Source: an uncultured Gemmatimonadales bacterium (GTDB lineage: Bacteria; Gemmatimonadota; Gemmatimonadetes; Gemmatimonadales; Gemmatimonadaceae). From it: a stretch of DNA of 64,000 nt. Below, one piece after another: positions 59,954 to 64,000 of the stretch. The stretch lies in assembly GCA_963850905.1 (NCBI GenBank), contig CAWKMU010000003.1, forward strand, positions 1,760,001 to 1,824,000, in the 5' to 3' direction. Each line of letters begins with the position of its first letter. Position 1 is the first letter of the stretch. The notes beneath the pieces are model-generated. The model saw nothing but the letters and a program-made list of their open reading frames with translations. It was not told the origin of the DNA and made no database searches. The position numbers and the translations under genes were made by a program.

Positions 59954-61867
59954 ATGCCCCTACTCGAGCTGCTCTTCGGTACGCCACTCCGCACAGATGA
60001 GCAGGATGAGCAGCGGATTGGCGCGGCGCGGGGGATTCCGGTCCTCGGGCTCGATGCGCTGTCATCGGCCGCGTACGGACCGGAAGCGGCGCTCACCGTG
60101 TTGCTGGTCGTGGGTGCCGCGGCGAGTCACTACCTCATTCCGATCACCGCCATCATCCTCTGCGTGTTCGTGGCGGTCTATCTGTCGTACCGGCAGACCA
60201 TCGAGGCATACCCTGGCGGTGGCGGATCGTACACGGTCGCGTCGCAGAACCTCGGGCCATATCCCGGGCTGCTCGCCGCGAGCGCTCTCTCGCTCGACTA
60301 CATCCTCAATGTGGCGGTGGGAATTTCGGCGGGGGTCGGCGCGATCGTATCGGCGATTCCATCGCTCCTGCGGTACACGCTCCCCCTCGGCCTCGCAATC
60401 CTGCTGTTGCTGACGCTGGTCAATCTCCGCGGCATTCGGGAGTCGGGCCTCATGTTCCTCCTGCCCACCTATCTCTTCGTTGGAACGCTCGGTCTCGTGA
60501 TCGTGCTGGGATTGGTTCGGAGCATCCTGACGCATGGCCATCCGGTAGCGGTCACGCCAGTGCCCTCCCCGGTGCCTGCGACCGCCGCGGTCACCACGTG
60601 GCTTCTGGTCCGATCATTTGCGAGCGGCACGACGGCGATGACGGGCGTCGAAGCGGTCAGCAACGGGGTGCCCCTGTTTCGCGACCCTGCCGTACGGACG
60701 GCGAATCGGACACTCACGGCGATCGTCGGGCTGCTCGTCCTCCTGCTCGCCGGAATCGCGTATCTCTGCCCAGTCTACCACATCGCCGCCACTCCGCCGG
60801 GCGCCGAAGGCTATCAGAGCGTGCTCTCTCAGCTCACCGGGGCCGTTCTCGGGAACGGCGTGCTCTACTTCGTGACAATGACGTCGGTGGTGACGGTGCT
60901 GTGCCTATCGGCCAACACGAGTTTCGCCGATTTCCCACGGCTGGGTCGCGTCCTCGCGCTCGATCGCTACCTCCCGCTCCAGTTCGCCCACCCGGGGCGC
61001 CGCCTCGTGTACACCACCGGCATCGTGCTGCTCAGTCTGATGGCCGGCGTGCTGCTCCTGATTTTTGGCGGTGTCACTGACCGTCTGATCCCGCTGTTCG
61101 CTGTCGGTGCGTTGCTCGCCTTCACGTTGTCTCAGTGGGGGATGGTCGCGCACTGGCGGCGCGTCGGCGGACCTCACGCACGACGCTCGCTCATTCTCAA
61201 CGGATTGGGCGCAACCGCGACGTCGATCACCGTGCTGGTCGTGATCGTCAGCAAGTTCACCGAGGGCGCGTGGGTCACCGTGCTCATCATCCCGCTGTTC
61301 ATGCTGTTTTTCCTGGCGGCGCACCACTCGCACGAGCGGGTCGATCGCGCGATCATGGCCGAAGGCACTGAGTCGCAGCCGTTGTCTCTGGCTGGGATCA
61401 AGCCGCCGATCGTCATCGTGCCACTGCGCCGGCTCGACCTGATCGCGCGCAAAGGGCTCCAGTTTGCCCTGTCGATCTCTCCCGATGTGAACGCCGTCCT
61501 GGTGGTCACCGACGACCCGCTGGCAGACGCCCTGTGCGTGACCGGGATGGAAGGGATCTGGCCGAGTCTCGTGGACGCGCCGCTCAAGGCCGCGGGCTAT
61601 CCACCAGTGTCGTTCGTGACCCTTCCATCGGCATACCGGGAGTTTCTCACGCCGTTCCTGAGCTACGTGCGCGGTGTGGCTGCGGCGCATCCTGACCGCA
61701 ACGTGGCCGTCGTCATCCCCGAGGTTGTGGAACGCCGGTGGTACGACGTCATCTTCGCGAGCCATCGGCCGGCGATCCTCAAAGCCGTCTTGCGACTTCG
61801 CGGCGGACCACGCGTGTTGGTCGTCGATGCGCCGTGGCACCTGGGCGACGAGGCTCCAGAGCCGTGA
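59954..61867 (+). CDS. APC-superfamily permease, KimA/YdaO-like K+ transporter
   Basis: DALSSAAYG.E, SY.QTI.AYP.GGGSY, DYILNVAVGISAG, NLRGIRESG, TGVEAVSNGVP.F, ANTSFADFP, LIPLFAVG; cytoplasmic C-domain. Confidence 0.85.
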   Translation: MPLLELLFGTPLRTDEQDEQRIGAARGIPVLGLDALSSAAYGPEAALTVLLVVGAAASHYLIPITAIILCVFVAVYLSYRQTIEAYPGGGGSYTVASQNLGPYPGLLAASALSLDYILNVAVGISAGVGAIVSAIPSLLRYTLPLGLAILLLLTLVNLRGIRESGLMFLLPTYLFVGTLGLVIVLGLVRSILTHGHPVAVTPVPSPVPATAAVTTWLLVRSFASGTTAMTGVEAVSNGVPLFRDPAVRTANRTLTAIVGLLVLLLAGIAYLCPVYHIAATPPGAEGYQSVLSQLTGAVLGNGVLYFVTMTSVVTVLCLSANTSFADFPRLGRVLALDRYLPLQFAHPGRRLVYTTGIVLLSLMAGVLLLIFGGVTDRLIPLFAVGALLAFTLSQWGMVAHWRRVGGPHARRSLILNGLGATATSITVLVVIVSKFTEGAWVTVLIIPLFMLFFLAAHHSHERVDRAIMAEGTESQPLSLAGIKPPIVIVPLRRLDLIARKGLQFALSISPDVNAVLVVTDDPLADALCVTGMEGIWPSLVDAPLKAAGYPPVSFVTLPSAYREFLTPFLSYVRGVAAAHPDRNVAVVIPEVVERRWYDVIFASHRPAILKAVLRLRGGPRVLVVDAPWHLGDEAPEP

Positions 61868-62097
61868 CATCTACCGCGGGACGCCATTAACGTCCCGCCG
61901 AGTTGCACGTCAGACGAACGTTGCCGTACACAAGTCGGGGACCATCCCAACGGCCCAGTCATTGTGTCTTGACGCCTTGCTGACATCGCCAGACATTGCC
62001 AGAAGAGGTTGCGAAAGTTCGCGCGCGCCCCCCGTCTGGACGCACGCGGTACGTGACCCTATGTGGTGGTCTGGTTTCCTCGTAGCCGAGCATTGTC

Positions 62098-62451
62098 ATG
62101 ACGGACGAACGACCGAACGGGAAATCCGCACGTCGCGCACTCTCCAGTGCACTGCTGGCTGAGCTCCGGAGTGCGATTGCAGGGTACGTCAACCCGGTCG
62201 CTGACGACAATGACATCAGTCGCGCACTACGCGCGATCGGGGAGCAGGCGCGCGCCGAAGGCGTGCGGGCCGAGCAGCTCGTTACGTCGTTGAAGCGGGT
62301 CTACAATGCAGTCGTGCCGCCGCCGACGCTCGCCTCGCAGGACGCCCGCGCCAAACGCCTCGCAAACCTCGTGACGATCTGCGTTCGGGAGTACTACGCG
62401 TCCTGGCCGGAGACGGTCGGGGCGGAACCGCCGCCGACAGTCCCGAGCTGA
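62098..62451 (+). CDS. Small hypothetical helical protein
   Basis: Open frame with coherent composition (AEQLV..LK, LVTICVREYY); its 3' end overlaps the convergent Crp gene. Confidence 0.6.
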   Translation: MTDERPNGKSARRALSSALLAELRSAIAGYVNPVADDNDISRALRAIGEQARAEGVRAEQLVTSLKRVYNAVVPPPTLASQDARAKRLANLVTICVREYYASWPETVGAEPPPTVPS

Positions 62452-63191
62452 CGGTCGTACGCGCGGCGAATGACCGCGTAGCACTCGCATGACATCGCCT
62501 CGAGTCCGGCTCGATCGAGGATCGTGACCCGTCCTCTCCGGTAGCTGATCAGTCCCGAGCGTTGCAGCGCGCCAGCGACGGCGTTGACCGTCGCGCGCCG
62601 CACAGCGAGCATGAACGCGAGATACTGTTGCGTCAACCAGAACGTGTCGGCACCGACGCGATCGTGGGTCATGAGCAGCCAGCGGGCGCACCGCTTGCTC
62701 ATTGAGTGCAGCTTGGTGCAGCCCCCCGACTGCATCGCCTGCGACAGCAAGGCCTCGGCGTAATGCAGGAAGCGCACGTGCAGGTGCGGATACCGCAGGA
62801 GTGCCGAGCGCAGCTCGGCTGCCGGGACACGGACCGCGCGGCCCGGGACCTGCGCGATTGTGCGCCGATCGGCCTGTCCAAGGCCGCCCAAGGCGAGCGA
62901 AAGCCCCACCAGGCCCTCGTTCCCGATGGCGGCGGCTTCCATCACCGAGCCATCCTGCATCACCGTGATCAGCGAGATGACGGCCGTCTCGGGGAAGTAG
63001 GCGTGAGCGAGCGGCTCGTCGGCGTTAGCGATGACTTGCCCCGAGCGGAACTCCACCGGCTCGAACTGGCCGACAAGCTCCGGCGCCATCGTCGCAACCG
63101 CCGAAAGGAGATGGTTTCGGGTGCCCACCGGCGGCGCGGCGACAGCGTGGCTGAAGGCCGGCGGGGCCTGCCCAATCGACATCGAAGTCAC
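62394..63191 (-). CDS. Crp/Fnr-family transcriptional regulator
   Basis: RNHLL, YFPETAVIS, IGNEG, RCARWLL..HDR, LTQQYLAFMLAVRRATV, I.YRRG, CECY. Confidence 0.92.
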   Translation of the reverse strand: MTSMSIGQAPPAFSHAVAAPPVGTRNHLLSAVATMAPELVGQFEPVEFRSGQVIANADEPLAHAYFPETAVISLITVMQDGSVMEAAAIGNEGLVGLSLALGGLGQADRRTIAQVPGRAVRVPAAELRSALLRYPHLHVRFLHYAEALLSQAMQSGGCTKLHSMSKRCARWLLMTHDRVGADTFWLTQQYLAFMLAVRRATVNAVAGALQRSGLISYRRGRVTILDRAGLEAMSCECYAVIRRAYDRQLGTVGGGSAPTVSGQDA

Positions 63192-63390
63192 GCCCTCCCT
63201 CGAAGCAAGCTGTGGGCCGCGGGCGCTTGAGATCCCCTAGAGTGCCGAAAGGGAAAGAGTTAGGGGTGGCTGGCCGCTCGCCGAACGGGCGTTATAATGC
63301 CCGCTGTTTGGACGGTGGTTGCCGCTCCGGCGGCGCGCCGCGGACGCACCCGCCGGCGCGACCCGCTCATATCCCCTTGCCCGCCTTGTC

Positions 63391-64000
63391 ATGACGCGCC
63401 ACGTGCCGCTGCTCGGCTCTCTCGGGTTCCCCCTCTTGGCAATTGCCTTGACCCTCGCGCCCTCCGTTGGCGCCCAGGTCAGTGGGCCTCCGGCGAAATG
63501 GGCGACCTTCACACAGATGTTCGACGCGGTGGCCAAGGGCGACAGTATCGTCGGCGCCGGCATCGTGGTCGTTCGCGACGGACACATTGTCGCGCAACAC
63601 GAGTACGGCTTGGCCGATCGCGAGCGCGGGGTCCACATCACCCCGCAGTCCATCTATCACTATGGATCGATCACCAAGACGCTGACGGCGATCTCCATCA
63701 TGCAGCTGCGCGACCGGCACCGGCTGTCGCTCGACGATCGCATCACGACGTACGTCCCTGAGCTCCGACAGGTGCACGACCCCTATGGGTCGATGGACAG
63801 CGTCACCATCCGCATGCTGCTGTCACATTCTGCTGGGTTCCAGAACCCCACCTGGCCCTATACTGAGGGCAAACCGTGGCAGCCGTTCGAGCCGACGACC
63901 TGGAACCAGCTCGTCGCGATGATGCCGTACCAGGAATTGCTGTTCAAACCCGGCTCGCGCTTCAGCTACTCCAACCCTGGCTTCATCTATCTCGCCCGCG
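63391..64000 (+). CDS. Serine hydrolase, beta-lactamase/AmpC family (3' end outside window)
   Basis: Manual translation: signal peptide, YGLADRE, GSITK (SxxK), TIRMLLSHSAG, PGSRFSYSN (YxN). Absent from the ORF track because it has no stop. Confidence 0.9.
   Translation, partial: MTRHVPLLGSLGFPLLAIALTLAPSVGAQVSGPPAKWATFTQMFDAVAKGDSIVGAGIVVVRDGHIVAQHEYGLADRERGVHITPQSIYHYGSITKTLTAISIMQLRDRHRLSLDDRITTYVPELRQVHDPYGSMDSVTIRMLLSHSAGFQNPTWPYTEGKPWQPFEPTTWNQLVAMMPYQELLFKPGSRFSYSNPGFIYLAR

Noticed and set aside
63391..64000. Antibiotic-resistance beta-lactamase
   Set aside because: SxxK and YxN only place it in the broad serine hydrolase family; the gene is incomplete and its substrate cannot be inferred.

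Overview
High-GC bacterial chromosomal window. Gene content and protein sequences (SusC/SusD pair, DUF4384, short Smg, pil-aroC-aroK-smg-topA-trmFO-xerC-hslVU-argF order) suggest Gemmatimonadota; this is inference, not a database result. 1-25 kb holds a type IVa pilus locus (pilA with a sigma54-type promoter, pilMNOPQ), core housekeeping genes interrupted by a KirBac channel and a GT9 gene, and a four-gene minor-pilin cluster. 25-41 kb holds a TonB receptor/ECF sigma/anti-sigma/DUF4384 unit divergent from a SusC-SusD locus with three secreted alpha/beta-hydrolases. 41-64 kb is a mix of signalling, stress, hydrolase and transporter genes. No rRNA, tRNA, CRISPR array, transposase or prophage was recognised. 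Main observations: (1) both S9/prolyl-oligopeptidase-like paralogues behind SusCD keep the nucleophile Ser but lack the canonical Asp and His positions and share a CWGxC motif, so they may be a non-canonical hydrolase or pseudoenzyme family in an uncharacterised uptake locus; (2) about 11 single-base insertions break ten genes, many essential, and most lie in or beside GATG/CATC-type strings, which looks like sequencing error caused by a DNA-modification motif rather than pseudogenisation; (3) a heptamer-repeat palindromic element family occurs in intergenic regions and also in-frame inside trmFO.
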